Notes: generated from the sequence alone by a model not told the origin. Shown: positions 10,230 to 23,963, counted from the stretch's first letter. The stretch is DNA of 45,466 bases from Octopus bimaculoides (GCF_001194135.2 NC_068981.1:189057590-189103055), one strand, 5' to 3'. Program-made: numbers and translations.

Positions 10230-11138
10230 NNNNNNNNNNNNNNNNNNNNNNNNNNNNNNNNNNNNNNNNNNNNNNNNNNNNNNNNNNNNNNNNNNNNNNN
10301 NNNNNNNNNNNNNNNNNNNNNNNNNNNNNNNNNNNNNNNNNNNNNNNNNNNNNNNNNNNNNNNNNNNNNNNNNNNNNNNNNNNNNNNNNNNNNNNNNNNN
10401 NNNNNNNNNNNNNNNNNNNNNNNNNNNNNNNNNNNNNNNNNNNNNNNNNNNNNNNNNNNNNNNNNNNNNNNNNNNNNNNNNNNNNNNNNNNNNNNNNNNN
10501 NNNNNNNNNNNNNNNNNNNNNNNNNNNNNNNNNNNNNNNNNNNNNNNNNNNNNNNNNNNNNNNNNNNNNNNNNNNNNNNNNNNNNNNNNNNNNNNNNNNN
10601 NNNNNNNNNNNNNNNNNNNNNNNNNNNNNNNNNNNNNNNNNNNNNNNNNNNNNNNNNNNNNNNNNNNNNNNNNNNNNNNNNNNNNNNNNNNNNNNNNNNN
10701 NNNNNNNNNNNNNNNNNNNNNNNNNNNNNNNNNNNNNNNNNNNNNNNNNNNNNNNNNNNNNNNNNNNNNNNNNNNNNNNNNNNNNNNNNNNNNNNNNNNN
10801 NNNNNNNNNNNNNNNNNNNNNNNNNNNNNNNNNNNNNNNNNNNNNNNNNNNNNNNNNNNNNNNNNNNNNNNNNNNNNNNNNNNNNNNNNNNNNNNNNNNN
10901 NNNNNNNNNNNNNNNNNNNNNNNNNNNNNNNNNNNNNNNNNNNNNNNNNNNNNNNNNNNNNNNNNNNNNNNNNNNNNNNNNNNNNNNNNNNNNNNNNNNN
11001 NNNNNNNNNNNNNNNNNNNNNNNNNNNNNNNNNNNNNNNNNNNNNNNNNNNNNNNNNNNNNNNNNNNNNNNNNNNNNNNNNNNNNNNNNNNNNNNNNNNN
11101 NNNNNNNNNNNNNNNNNNNNNNNNNNNNNNNNNNNNNN
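10230..11138. other. assembly gap (909 N) flanked by (TA)n/(CA)n microsatellites
   Basis: N run. The ORFs at 10161-11221 are artefacts of it. Confidence 0.99.
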
Positions 11139-11191
<53 letters not shown>

Positions 11192-12039
11192 AAAGTATTT
11201 CATATATATATATATATACATATATATATATGTATGTATATATGTATGTATATCCTAATGGAAATATTTCATATTTCTACAAAGAGATATATTTGCATGA
11301 AGAAGTAGACGCAGTATAGCAAATTCAAACAACAATAATTTAATATGATAAGAGCAAAGTTAGTAATCTTTTTCTTATTAATATGATTGATATATTCATA
11401 AGGTTATTTTCAAAGCATCGTGAATATTTCCCATTTAATGTTTTATGCCGTGGAATAAGAAAGTTTTCAATTTGTTGCTGTCATGTCATATGAAATATTA
11501 GATGTATTAGTACATTTGTGTGAAAATGTAAGATCTGAAATAGCGTAATTAATTGGCGCCTAGCATTTCAGAAGAAGGAAACGGCAAATTAATAAAAATG
11601 GCTCATTTACACGCTTTAGACAGTGACCATGTCTCCTTTGCTATTCAGATAATTTGGACTTTAAGTTATATGAAGTTAAAAACTATAAAGTTGTGTAAAG
11701 CTAAAGTAAAATTAAATTGCTGGTGTTTTGTACCGGGTAGTGGTAACACTTTTATAGAATGAAACATAGAACAGAGCAATATTGAAGTTAGTAAATTCTT
11801 CAGAAACAATCAAATATGTTTTATGTATTAAATATATCATCATCATCATCACTTAACATCTGTTTTCCATGGTGGCATGGGTTTGAAGATGTCAAGCTCC
11901 AATGTCCCTTGGCATGGTTTCTACAGTATGGTGAAAAATAGGTGCAGAGAAATTGTAGAGATGCTGGAGCAGAGATAAGTTATGCATGCTGTGTAGAAAA
12001 GATGAGATGATGAGGACTAGCTAGACAACTCAAGTACAA

Positions 12040-12475
12040 TTCTTTTGTCTGGATGAAAGGTGAAAGGAATGCAATGGAGTAGCTATATCAATCACATAGA
12101 AAATTGGATACAGTAATTAGAATAGCCCAAGTATGTGATACAACAATTATGATTAGTCTATTAATGGACAACGCAACAGTGAAAATTATCTTCACATACA
12201 CACCACAATCATGGTTGACAGATGAACAGAAAGACTACATTTACAAGGCCCTCCTGTAAACTACTGATAACAACTGATAATTACCTCATTATGGTGATTT
12301 TAATGGATGTGTTGAACCACACTATCATGGCTTACTTGACATACACAGACGTTATGGATATGCATGAGAAATGAGCAGGGATCAAAGCTTCTGAGTTTTG
12401 TGAGGCAAATGACATGACCATTTCTAACTCAGATATCATGAAACCAAACATACACTGGTCACTTACCAACTGAAA
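12040..12475 (+). mobile_element. RTE LINE AP-endonuclease remnant
   Basis: TPQSWLTDEQKDYIYKALL (YAPQ.G...E.K..FY), GDFNGCV (GDFN motif), and ASEFCEANDMTISNS...KPN.H.VTY. Confidence 0.7.
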
Positions 12476-12599
12476 CACAGAAACCGTTGTAAACATTCCA
12501 TTCAGACCTCTAGTTTGACAAAAAACTTTCCTACCTCACCAGTCTTGGAGGCCATAATAAATAAGCAATCATAGGATTGATCTTTCCTCTTTAGAAAGA

Positions 12600-12880
12600 G
12601 CTTTTAGAGTCGCAACATTTTAACTCCAGGTTTAGTTACTATGTGTCTTGCCATTCCTAATGTTATAAGTCTTGGGTGATCTTTTCATCATGCTAAATGG
12701 ATAGTGCAAATCAAAGTTCCAGTATTTATTGCTTCATGACTATTGTCTTGCAATATACAGATGTTGTGACTCCTCACTGTGCAAATTAGCAGATTAAGGA
12801 AGGCCAGTTTATTGTCCTTCAACTTTTCTTGTGTGAACTGTACTGATAATCTAATTATGGTCCAGTAATATTTACATTAA
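12600..12880 (-). mobile_element. possible Penelope-like RT remnant
   Basis: Minus strand KDNKLAFLNLLI...EAINTGTLICTIHLA resembles the Penelope (E.NNKLPFLD.LI...T.TG.YL.F.S.HP) segment. Very decayed. Confidence 0.35.
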
Positions 12881-14009
12881 TGAAGGCAGCCTGAGTAGGA
12901 GTCATCTATACAACTCACAAAAATACCCCTGGTATGGGTAATAGATTGAAAACAATAAAACAAATGAAAAAACTGGTGAGTGCAATGACTGAAATATTGT
13001 GAAATACCAACCAAAATGAAGACACTAGTTTAAATATATCAGTGTAAAATAATAAGTTAAATATACTAATACTAACTTAGCTAGTTTTCAGTGCAGATGG
13101 TATCTCAGTAATTTTTCTCACTGATTTATTACTATATTAAATATCTTACATTTTCCATTATTTTATTTTTTTTACTGGAAAGATTTGTGAACAAAAATGT
13201 AAGTATAAGAAAATTTGTTATTCTAAACAGACTTATGAATGAAAAATGTCACAGATCTAATTGTCAAGATATATTGGATAGAGTAGAAAACCTTCAAAAC
13301 AACAGCTTGAATAGATTATTAAGTAGATGCTGTCTCATAAAAAAAGAAAATTTACAAAACTTATACCTTAGTGAAGAATTCTAAAACATTTTAGTGAGGT
13401 CTCCAATATCAGGATAATGCAGTCTTTTAACATATTGCTGCCAACTGCACCTTCCCTTGCATAAAGCCACTATTTGGCAAAGAATACAGATACAAATGAG
13501 AAGAAAGAGTCTTGGGTAGTGCCTTGGGAGGCAATTGGGCTGCTTACAAGGGTGAACGCAGTAAACTGTGTCTGAAGTACTTTGTTATTATTTTAGAGAA
13601 AGCATGTCTAAACTATTTGGAGAACTGTGTCATGCTCCAATGATTTATTTAACATGGTTTGTATGGCTGACAGTAAGAGGAGAATGGTGGGGAACAAGAT
13701 CGAGGAGGGTGAGTGATTAAAGTTTGCAAGAAAGTAGCAGGAGAGCGAAAGATTGCTAGACACAGGTAGAAAAGTGAATGTAATGAATGGTGAACAATGG
13801 TGAAAGGATGGTCAATGGTAAATGTGAGTTGGAAGGGGAGGTTATTAAAAACAGAAGTGGCTCCAGGTGGAGGAGGTGATGAGTGACATTACAAAAAGGG
13901 TGAAGAGTAACAGACAAATAAAACTGTCAGTAGATGAGAGACAGGGAGACTTGATGGGGTGGGTTGGCACAGGTTGAAAGAGGGGGTGAATAAAAAAAAA
14001 TAGAAAGGA

Positions 14010-14163
14010 GGCATGACCTTCAAACATTGGGCCTCACAGAGGCAATGACAGGAGACCAGGACCTTTGGAGATATGCTGAGGGCATCCAGCCATAATAAAA
14101 TCTGCTTCAATAAACTCCACATAAGCACAGAAAAGTGAACACTGAAATTATGATAATGATGAT
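14010..14163 (+). mobile_element. short RTE ORF-end plus tail fragment
   Basis: HDLQTLGLTEAMTGDQDLWRYA, homologous to about 40630-40690, joined directly to ggcatccagcc...gatgatg. Confidence 0.8.
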
Positions 14164-15334
14164 GTGCTTTGTATTTTAAGTCATAAAGACAAAAGTGATT
14201 TTTCTCTTGTAGAATATGTTAGAATTTTGTCTAACAACCAGATCCAGATCTATCTATAGAAATAATCACTGAATCTAAGAGCAACCTAACAACATATTTA
14301 ATTCAATGAATTCAATGACAAATAGTAATTGTTAATGAAATCAGAAGTAAGATATTACACTATACTGATATTTTTATTCTGACAACATGAATTTTTTGTT
14401 ATATAAAAATAGAGATTTGTTCATTGCAGACATTGAAAAAATTTGAAACTCAGTCACATGGTGCTGAGTTGCAATAATTTAATTGAAAACAGACATTTTT
14501 AGGATATAAATTTCTGCAACAGTCACTGCAATTTATGCGGTGGCTTCTGAATCCATGCTTTTTTTTACCTGTTATATCACAGAATTAAAAATTTATTTTT
14601 GTCAACCTTAAAAAATTTAGGGCTTTACTAATCTGTCTTTGAAAATTATTGTGCAACAAAATTAAATGTTTTGAAAATTAGTTTAGATCTGCCATAAAAT
14701 TTATACACAGTGATTGTTTTCTCTCAGTATTAATCAGAACATAGAATTTATCACTAAAAATGATCAAAATTTTAAAGGCTATTTTCATTACTGAAACAAA
14801 AGTTAAACTTGCTTTAACAAGGAAAAAAACATTAGAATGCTTATTGTCATGTGGTGAAAGTTCATCCCCTTCCTCAAACTTCTGAAAGTAATTTGTAAAT
14901 CTTTTACATGTAAATATTATCTCACCTTAATTTCAGCTGAATTTTATCAAATTTTTGGCTTATCTAGCATTATTGCTAGATTTTAAAATGCCATTCAAAA
15001 CCATATACATGCAGTAGATAAACAGTTAAGACATTATTGTATGTTCAACATACCTTTTACAATCACTGTGTGCCTGTGTATCTCCTTCATTCCCACACAG
15101 ATGCATATGCGCGCATGCACATGTACACACACACACACATACACACAGAGTACTCATAACGTTCATGCTTTATTATCCATCCATAATATTTCTTCCTGTA
15201 TACAGCTTATATTTTAAACCAGATTAAAAGGTCAAATCCTCTGATTTCTAAGTCCTTCATACTTTATCCTTAAGCTCTTCATTTTCTGAAACATTACATA
15301 AAGAATATATTCAAGAGGACAAATATGTTAAGCT

Positions 15335-15560
15335 AAAATATTGGTTTCAAATTTTGGCACAAAAGGCCAGCAATTTCAAAGCAAGGGATGTCAGTTGCAA
15401 AGAGTTATCCCCTCCTGGTACTTAAATGGTACTTGTTTTATCAACTGCAAAAAGATAAAAGGCAAAAATCAACCTGGCAGCATTTGAACTCAGAACGTAA
15501 AATAGGAAGAAATACCACTAATCACTTTGTCCGGTGCAGTAACGATTTTGCCTTTATGCA
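15335..15560 (-). mobile_element. SINE family B
   Basis: ttttggcacaaaaggccagcaatttc...ggtacttgttttatcaac...gcatttgaactcagaacgtaaa is the reverse complement of family B. Confidence 0.75.
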
Positions 15561-15779
15561 AAAATATCACATTTTATTAGTAATGTGTACAAAATAGATG
15601 TTGTTCTTATGTGAATATTCTGCTAACTTCATGTTATTTAGTCCCATGTCAGCTTTGAGGAAGCAAACCTATGTTCAATGGTGTTTCAGTTATGATCTAC
15701 CATACCAATTCAACATGTCTTCCAAGTAATAAAATGTTCTCGGAAAAAAAAAAAAACCCACCATCTTTGCACCATTTCC

Positions 15780-16290
15780 AAAATCCAGCTCAACACACTT
15801 CACCTTCCAACTGAAGCTTGCACTGTATATACCTGACATATACATGTAATTGCCATATAAGTTGATAACCCTCTCACACCACTATATTCTTGATGGACCT
15901 ATCTAACACATATCATATAAATGAAGTTCACACCACCAACAGCCTTCCTCTATACTGCACACAGTCACCTCTCTGTTCTTTCCAACTCACCACATGCTAT
16001 ACCACTTGCTATCAGCTTTGTCTTCTCAGTACTCACCATCATATATTTTGCTCTATACATTCTTTCCATGTATTCATCTCCATCAATCCATCTGCACTCA
16101 CTGCTTTAACACCAGACCATCAGCATCTAATTCCCATAGTAACCAACTCCATTCTATTTCAAGTCAACACTTGTGTTCACAACTACATATAGTAGTGGAT
16201 GAAATACTAACACCAGGTGAACTCCAGCCTTCACTTCAAATTTTTCTCTGTTTCCTTACAACAGTGCCCACTCTTACACATCACTTTTTA
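15780..16290 (-). mobile_element. old RTE RT remnant
   Basis: Minus strand gives decayed equivalents of EVKVGVHQGSVLSPL (tgaaggctggagttcacctggtgttagtatttcatccac) and WELLYADDLVL (tgggaattagatgctgatggtctggtgtta). Confidence 0.65.
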
Positions 16291-17029
16291 AACTAATCAT
16301 ATCTCTAATAAGCATATACATATATATTTTTGATGTTTGATTAAGTACACCAAATTACACTAAAGCTCCTGCCTCAGCTAAGTAGTGCAGCATATGGAGA
16401 CTTCACTGGACATAAGATTAACTCTGAACATTGTATGACTTAAGATATTCTGATGGTAAAGGATGAATGGTAGGAAGGTGTTGATGCAATAGGGGCAATT
16501 AGGGACCTATTTCCAGTCACAAATAAATTGTTTTCATATGATGGGTAGACTAAACACTAAGCGAGACATCAAAGATGAATTACTTGCACTTAAGACATGA
16601 ATCAATCAAAATCTAAAGCCAAAGAAGCTGTAAGTACCCAAAAAATAACAAACTCTCATTGTTTTTAAATCTTAAGCTGTACTTACTAAGCCTATTATTT
16701 TCCATCATTTCCTCCCTATCCATGGATGCTCAACCACCCACTTCATTGTCTTCCTATAACTCAGAAGGAATCTAAATAATAGGCTAAGTAAGTACAGCGT
16801 AAGATTTTGGATAGTTAGGATATCAGAAGTATCAAACACTGTGAGGAAGCAGGAATATGTGATGGTTTGAACATGTAATAACAATGAATAAATGATTGAT
16901 GAATGCTGCATGTCAAAAAGGCAATAATCACATGTAGTAAATGTTTAGCTATTGGTCAATATTGATCAACCATTACTGTACAAAACCATGTATACTTGGT
17001 TCCATGCACTTGAGAAACAGGAACTGATA

Positions 17030-17370
17030 TAACTCATATTTGATTGTGGGGTACTTTACAGAATTCTCCACATTTTATATGATGTTACTGGCCAATAGAA
17101 AGAGGTCACAAAAACTGATTTGCATATGTTTAGCATGTTATGTCAACAGGAAAAATTTAATGAGTGCAATGAGGGTTAAAAGCATTCAAGCCTTAAGCAT
17201 GCCATCGTTTGGTTGGTATTTGGAACTACATTACCAAAAGTGCTCTTTTCAATTTCAAAAAGTGGAGAGTGAGATTTGAAAGACATTTGTTTCAAGCAGG
17301 TCAAGTTACCACATAGAAGTTCCCTTATTGGCTTGTAATTTGTATTTAATTACAGCCTTGATAAAAGTAA
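17030..17370 (+). mobile_element. possible very old non-LTR RT remnant
   Basis: GYFTEFSTFYMMLLANRKRSQKLICICL...VNRKNLMSAM...PLLACNLYL follows the spacing of RT blocks 3-4. Low similarity. Confidence 0.3.
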
Positions 17371-17394
17371 GCTAAAGAAAATATATGATGAAGT

Positions 17395-17615
17395 CTTGAC
17401 AGTCCTTGTGCCATGTAAGAAGCACATATGCTGTGGCCACATTAAAAAGCACCACTGCTGAGGCCACATAAACAGCACCCAGTACATTCTGTAAAGAGGT
17501 TGATGTTATGAAGGGCAGACAATGGAACCTGGTAAGGGTTCCAGCCTCGTCAGCTCTTGTGAAACTGATCTATGGAAAGCAAATGTTAAATAATGATGAT
17601 GAAGATGATGATGAA
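17395..17615 (+). mobile_element. RTE 3'UTR/tail copy (diverged)
   Basis: cttgtgccatgtaagaagcac...aacagcacccagtacattctgtaaagaggttgatgtta...atggaaagcaaatgttaaataatgatgatgaag. Confidence 0.7.
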
Positions 17616-18444
17616 GTCATTAAGTATGAACTTAAAGAGCTTCTAACTACAGACAAATTGACAGAAAACAACAGAGAGACAATATGCAAAAAAAAAATAA
17701 TAATAATAATAAATAAATAAAAATAAAAAGCAGAGACTGAAAATGATGTTGAATAGCAATTGAAATAAATCATTTCTGGCTGAAGAAAAGCATGATTATA
17801 TGAGTTTAAATAGGGATTAGATGCTATACAGTAAAGTGGATTAGTTTTTCATGTGAAGTTTCAAATGTTTAAAGCTGATCAAGAATTTGACAAAACATAG
17901 AAGTAGAAGTAATAGTTTGTTTCTAATATGTCTGAACAGCAACTGTGATGTAACTCAGTGCTGGAATGATGAATGTAAAATATGTTTAAAACAAGAATAT
18001 GGAGAAATGTATTAACCATGGAATTTTGTTTGTTGAGGGAAAATAATTGAATAAAATATTAAGAAGTAGTGTGACAAAATAAATAAGAAATAATTTAGAG
18101 AAATAATTAATTATTATTATCCACATTAAACTAGGGGAATAAATATTTTAAGTTTTAAAAACTATATTGAAAGAATAGCAATTAAATATATGCAATATTT
18201 TGTGGACCAATAAGTGCTTCTGCTGTTAAATTTTGCTGATTTCGTGATACAGACTGTTTTTAAATATCAAATAGTTTGAGTTAATACATTATTTTGCTAT
18301 AAATAAAATCATAATAATGTGTTTTATGCTTGCATGCATGTAGATGTGTAGCAGCTAAAGAAAAGAGGTTGATTTCATTAGTTGAGACATCATATCTGAA
18401 GAAATATATAATAATGTTCATCTGTCATTGTCAATGGTGACTAG

Positions 18445-18715
18445 GGTATCACATGGAAGAAGATGGGTATGTGTCCAGCTGTGGCTGTTCAGGCCAATGT
18501 GTTCTTTGAAGGTTCTGCCACAGGTCAGGTACTGGTAGTCTACTGGGAATGATGGCAAGAAGTTGGCTCTAGACTTGTGCAACTCATGTTTTCTTTGTGA
18601 TCCTGCAATCCTATTCTGTTCGTAGGTAAAACCTCTGTTGGTGCAGCTATGTTAGGCAGGGTGGTCTAGTACTTGCATTTCCCAGATGTCAAGGTTGATC
18701 TGAAAGCACTATTTC
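18445..18715 (-). mobile_element. RTE (BovB-like) ORF C-terminus with CCHH zinc-finger remnant
   Basis: Minus strand FQINLDIWE...QYLTCGRTFKEHIGLNSHSWTH resembles the C..CGR.F...IGL.SH..TH terminus of BovB-like RTEs. Confidence 0.6.
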
Positions 18716-21089
18716 CATCATCTCACAATATTCTGTGAAAACGTGTCTTCCTTGCTAAGAAACAGGTAAAGTTTGGTGAGAGGAAAGGCACCAAGCCATA
18801 GAAAATTTACCTCAATGAACCCTGTCCGATAAATGGAAGAGTGGGTGTTAAAATGGTAACAATGATCTCACATACACATATTGACCTTCACTCAGAATCA
18901 AGGATATCTTGACAACTTGTACCATGTTTATGCTGACTGTTCAAGAGTACTAGGTAACTGTGAGCAGACACAGATACATTCTCTACCCTATCATCCTTGA
19001 CCCAACAAAACATCCAGAATGAGACAGATGGATGGAGAGAGGGTTACACCAACACTTGATTGTACTAACATCAGCTGACAACTTGAAACCAAGTGTCTTG
19101 CTCAAGAACACAATGCACCACTTGGTCCATTAATCAAACCCACGACATGTGATCATGAGTCCAAAAATGCATGTGTGTGCTAAAGGGACAGAAATTGCTC
19201 ACATGTTTTACAATCTCTTCGTTTCAAACATTGCAGCAAGAAATTTTGTTCATTGAATTTATAACTGTTCCATTGCTGTAACATCATTTGCATCAAAGAT
19301 AACTGACAATATAACCCTATTCAGTTAAACATGTAATCATTTCTGTGAAATTGCAGATGATAATTAAAGGTAAAATCACACACACAAATGACTTGAAATA
19401 AATAAATAAATAAATATTCAATCAAATTTTGGAGAAATGTTTCACAAAAATAATTTAGTGATAAAACTTTTATTAAACAATAAAATTATTTATGTCGTCT
19501 TAAATGTTCTGTTTTTCTTTTAATATTGAGCAGAGATTTAAACATAATAAAATAGTGATTTTTACTTTTAGGAAATTGCTTGTAGCCTATACATTTTACA
19601 TAATAAATTTTGTATTTAATTGCCAATTTTCTTAAATAAGCTATATTCCAGAATAATACTGCAATAAATGGAATGGAACAAAGGAATTCAAAAGTTTTAG
19701 TGACATACTATATTACAATATTTGACTTTAATGATGTAATGGAAATTAATTTTATATAAATTATAGAAATAAAACTGTTATAAATCTTTGCATATTCAGT
19801 TTCATTATCATTTTAAAATGAGTTCTCGTAATATAGAGTAACACTAAAACAGCTGCTATAAAAAAAATCTGCATTGATCATCAGCATCCCTGTATATCCT
19901 CAGCGAGACTGAAGAGTCCACTCTGCCCTGTGTTACCTGCATTCATTCTACAACCACATGACAGAATGTTAAAAGAGCTAGGTGTCAGCCACAGACTAGT
20001 ATAGCTTGGTAACTTGAAACAAGCTTTTGCAAATTGCTTTAGATGCCTGTATAGTCCTAAGCAGGCATAAACAACCTCTTGACTCACCTACCTTTGACTC
20101 AACAGTGCATCCAGGATGTGACAAGTGAAGGGGAAAAAAGCTGTACCAGTACTAAGCTGGGACTCATTTTCAATTGAATGGACTCGAGCAATGTAAAATG
20201 AAGGAACTGAATCCATGATATTATGACAATACACTAAACATATTAATCACTAGGCCATCTGCTTTCGCTGGATATGTACTGGATGCATATCATCATAACA
20301 TTAGCTCCGAAGAGGTTACTTCTCTACTTTACGCTGTCTCGGTTGTCTTACTACAGTAAGGTAAAAGGCAGGATAATGAAACAAAACCAGGGTGAAGGTG
20401 AGGTAGAAAGGAGAGTAACAGAGGAGAACCAGAATGATAGGAGTGACAGAAGAGTAAATAAAGGAAGAGAGTGACAGACAACAACATGAGAATAGAATAG
20501 AAACAGCATGAGCAGTGTGATAGAAGAAAGGGTGATAAACTAGAGATAGAATAATAGAATGGGGAGTATTTGAAGTAAGAAGCAAGTTGAGAGAGAGAGA
20601 GAGAGAGATGGATGTCAACAATGAACAATAAAAGGAAAGAGTAGAATGAGAGAATAATGTCTATCAATAAAGATGGGTGATAGTAAGAGATTGGGAGTGA
20701 TTTATCTCAATAAAGAAGAGCGAATTCTTTAATTATCAGAGATTTTAGATAAGTAGTTTGGCAATTTATAGCCAATCAAGCACTGTAAATTAGAACATTT
20801 TGCCATTCTCTTTATTACTATTTAACACTTTTGTGACCATATTCCAAACAAAAACAAACTACCCATATTTTCCTATTAATTCTCCAAATAATCAGAATTT
20901 AAAGGAGAAATAACAATGGTTTTTTTTCTTTTCTTTTTTTATTGATTTCTTAGGGTTATCAAGTGGGTAATTGAAATATAAGTTAAAACAAATTTGCTAC
21001 ATAAAACTATCACGGAATGATTGCTTTCTCCATTTTTTTTTTATTAGTTTGGTCTGAAGAAAGAGACTGCCTACGACCTCTACAGGTTA

Positions 21090-21290
21090 TCATGATGAAA
21101 GAAAGGGAGACGAGTGAGTTTGTAAATACCTGAGGGAAGAAGGTACAAGACCATTCAACTCAAGACAACAGATTTCACTCTCATAGTTGATGTCTGATTG
21201 TCTGACAGCAACTCTGTGGCCCAGAACTGAAGTGTGTTGGTGAGCAACTTCATACCAATAGAATGGGACTTTATTTGGAATGGTCTAGGA
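21090..21290 (-). mobile_element. CR1-like RT remnant (host of a hAT MITE)
   Basis: LQFWATELLSDNQTSTMRVKSVVLS resembles LL.WI..FLSDR.Q.VRV...LS. Confidence 0.35.
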
Positions 21291-21503
21291 CAGGGGTTCC
21301 CAAAGGGTGGAATGACCAAAATGGGACAATGGATGTAAAAAATTTTTTTTTTAAATAAAGGGTTAATTAGGTTAAGTTTTATTTGTGTAATACTGCTATA
21401 TTGAATTTGCTGCAGAAAATGGTCTGTGATGATGGGTGGGGGCACTAGGAACGTATCCTTGGAATCAAGCAGGTGGCAGCCTGAAAAAGTTTGGGAACCA
21501 CTG
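21291..21503. mobile_element. hAT-superfamily MITE (213 bp)
   Basis: TIRs CAGGGGTTCCCAAA and TTTGGGAACCACTG (13/14). Perfect 8-bp TSD GTCTAGGA at 21283-21290 and 21504-21511. Confidence 0.92.
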
Positions 21504-22076
21504 GTCTAGGAGGTTTGGATGTCTGTCTGTTTTTAGTAACATCACTAAGGAGTTGAAATATTTTCAAGCACTAAAGTGAGGGTTAGACTTTATGATAAAT
21601 TTTAGCCATGTCATGTAGATGTGCATCCAACAGGAAAGATCATCAGTGACTGTGAGGATTAGCACTGGTAGTGAACTTTCTGATTCCTTTAAAAACTATC
21701 TGTTTTGTATTGTAAGGACCTTTTTTTTTTTTTTGCTGAATGAAATATTACTCTGAGATTTTTAGCTTCTGTAGTTTCATCAGTTTTTAATGTGAAGTTC
21801 ATTAATTGTGAAATGTACAAATTCTATATATAAAGGCATTCTGTGTAATGCAATTGAAAATAGAATAGTTCTTTACATGTTATATTAAAATGATATCAGA
21901 AAGATGGAAAAATGAAAGAACAATTAATCCCAAAGGGATTTGAACCCAGAAAGCACAAGTATTTATTTCAGCAAACATCCTACCTTGTCCATCTTAACAT
22001 TACTGAAAATATTTCTTTACATATTAGAATTTAAATATAAGCTGGGAAGCTCCTCTATGAAACAAATCAATAGTTT

Positions 22077-22079
<3 letters not shown>

Positions 22080-22127
<48 letters not shown>

Positions 22128-22134
22128 ACACACA

Positions 22135-22166
<32 letters not shown>
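22080..22166. repeat. compound (CT)n(CA)n microsatellite
   Basis: Read directly from the sequence. Confidence 0.97.
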
Positions 22167-22168
<2 letters not shown>

Positions 22169-23963
22169 TTACCATAATGGAATATAGAACAGTGACTCAA
22201 TATGCTAGAAATAGCTGACAAATATCCCTTCAATAAGATTCTACAGTCTTAAAAAAGAAAGGATACATCACACAGTTAGGTGCTTGGTATATAGAAAAAT
22301 GGAAAGGTCATGGTTGGAACATGTTTGACTGTAGATCTGCTCAATCAAGACTGATTTGGGGCAACAAACAACAACATGCAATACAATTATAGACAAATGT
22401 TTATATTTTTAAGATTCTTTCTTGTTTAAATTTGTAAATTTGGCATATCTTAAGTATTGCCAGTTTTCAAAGGATTAAAATAGATTTACTATTTTGGGCC
22501 AAAATGAAGTAAATCTTTTCACATAGAGAAAAAAAAAATCAATAATCAAATACATAAAATAATTTGAAGTCTAGCAACAAAAACAATCAAAGAACTATTG
22601 ACCCATTAAATGATTAACATGAAAGCAAAATGGCAGTAAGTACTTGACATGAATAAATGCAAAGAATGTTGTAACATTTGCAAAGAAAAGCAGTTAATAA
22701 AAGAAATATGACCAGTGCTAAATTTAAGTTGCCTCATCAGCCAATGAAATTATTTTTGGGTATATTTGTGATATTAATATCAGGTTCCAATCAATAATTT
22801 TATTGATAAGATTTCAGGTACTACATGATGTATTTATACATTTAATACCAGTTTGCCTGCAACTACAGCTAGTTCTATGTTGTAAAACTTCTTATTCTAA
22901 AATACAACCTTACCGTGAAATTTTATCTAAGAACAACTCCATAGGTCATATTCCCACACCAAGCTTAATAATGGAAAAGTTAGCTACTTTGCAAGATTCC
23001 TATAAATTCTAAGTTATTTTCAAAATCAATTGAAACACATAATAAATTTCATCAGCAGAAATATGGTCACGAGAGATTTGTAATACATTTTAGTGTGCAA
23101 TAAGAAGGTTAAAACACTGTTCTTAGACTCAGTATTTAATTTCATACCTTTTAATTCAAATTCAAATTCATTTTTTTTTTTTGTACCACACTAAATAAGT
23201 AGCTGACATCACAGATAGTATCTAATTCAGTTTCAAATCTCACTGAAGTCAGCTTTGTTTCTAGGTTCACTGTCACCAACATATTGGCAATATATTAGCA
23301 GCATATAAAACTTCTGAATTAAGGCCTTTTGGAGAAAATAAAAACTAATTAGTTAATTAATAATTCAAGTAGCAAGAAAAGGAAAACTCTTATCAATGTC
23401 AATTTAATCTGAACTTGGCAAGTATGCGTGATGACTACAGACATTTTTCAGTCCTATTAGGCTTCCTCAACAAAGCATAACCTTCTCTGTTCTTGCCAAA
23501 TTAGTGATAATCACTATTTTGATGTACAATGCACATGAATAGACGTCAAAAACTGTCATAACTGAGGGAATTTTTAGTTTTATGATGCTTCTATCGTTTA
23601 CTTATTTCAGTCATTGGACTGTGGCCATGCCAGGGCACCACCACCATGCCAGAGTACAAATCCGCTCCCATCCCTCACCTAGAAATGGCAGTCAAATCTC
23701 TGCCAAATCATACTAACATATTGAGTAATGTAATCTGAGATAAATGATATCTGATGTGATGTGTTGGATATGAGCATGATCAGGGATGATCTGGATATAA
23801 ATAGAAACATTACTCACAAATAGTGTCACAAGGCAAAACCAGTCAAGAAGAGTTCATCATTGTCCAAGCTACACCCATGATAAGATTTGAACTCTGTACT
23901 GCAAGGCAATGAAACTTGTCAGTTATATGATGTTCCCACATCTTCAAATGGCAATCTACTTAA

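Noticed and set aside
10161-11221. Long ORFs of 331-346 aa
   Set aside because: They are translations of the N gap plus (TA)n flanks.
13187-13384. 65-aa + strand ORF after a T-rich acceptor-like tract
   Set aside because: No recognisable family, and a length expected by chance in AT-rich DNA.
20330-20720. Purine-rich tracts (also 13670-14000, 25140-25390, 25860-26260) giving Leu/Ser/Phe-rich 'membrane-like' ORFs
   Set aside because: They are low-complexity GA-rich sequence, and the ORFs are compositional artefacts.
22914-22942. Minus-strand ATG...CG|GTAAGG micro-exon (MELFLDKISR)
   Set aside because: It is too short to distinguish from chance and has no supporting downstream exon.
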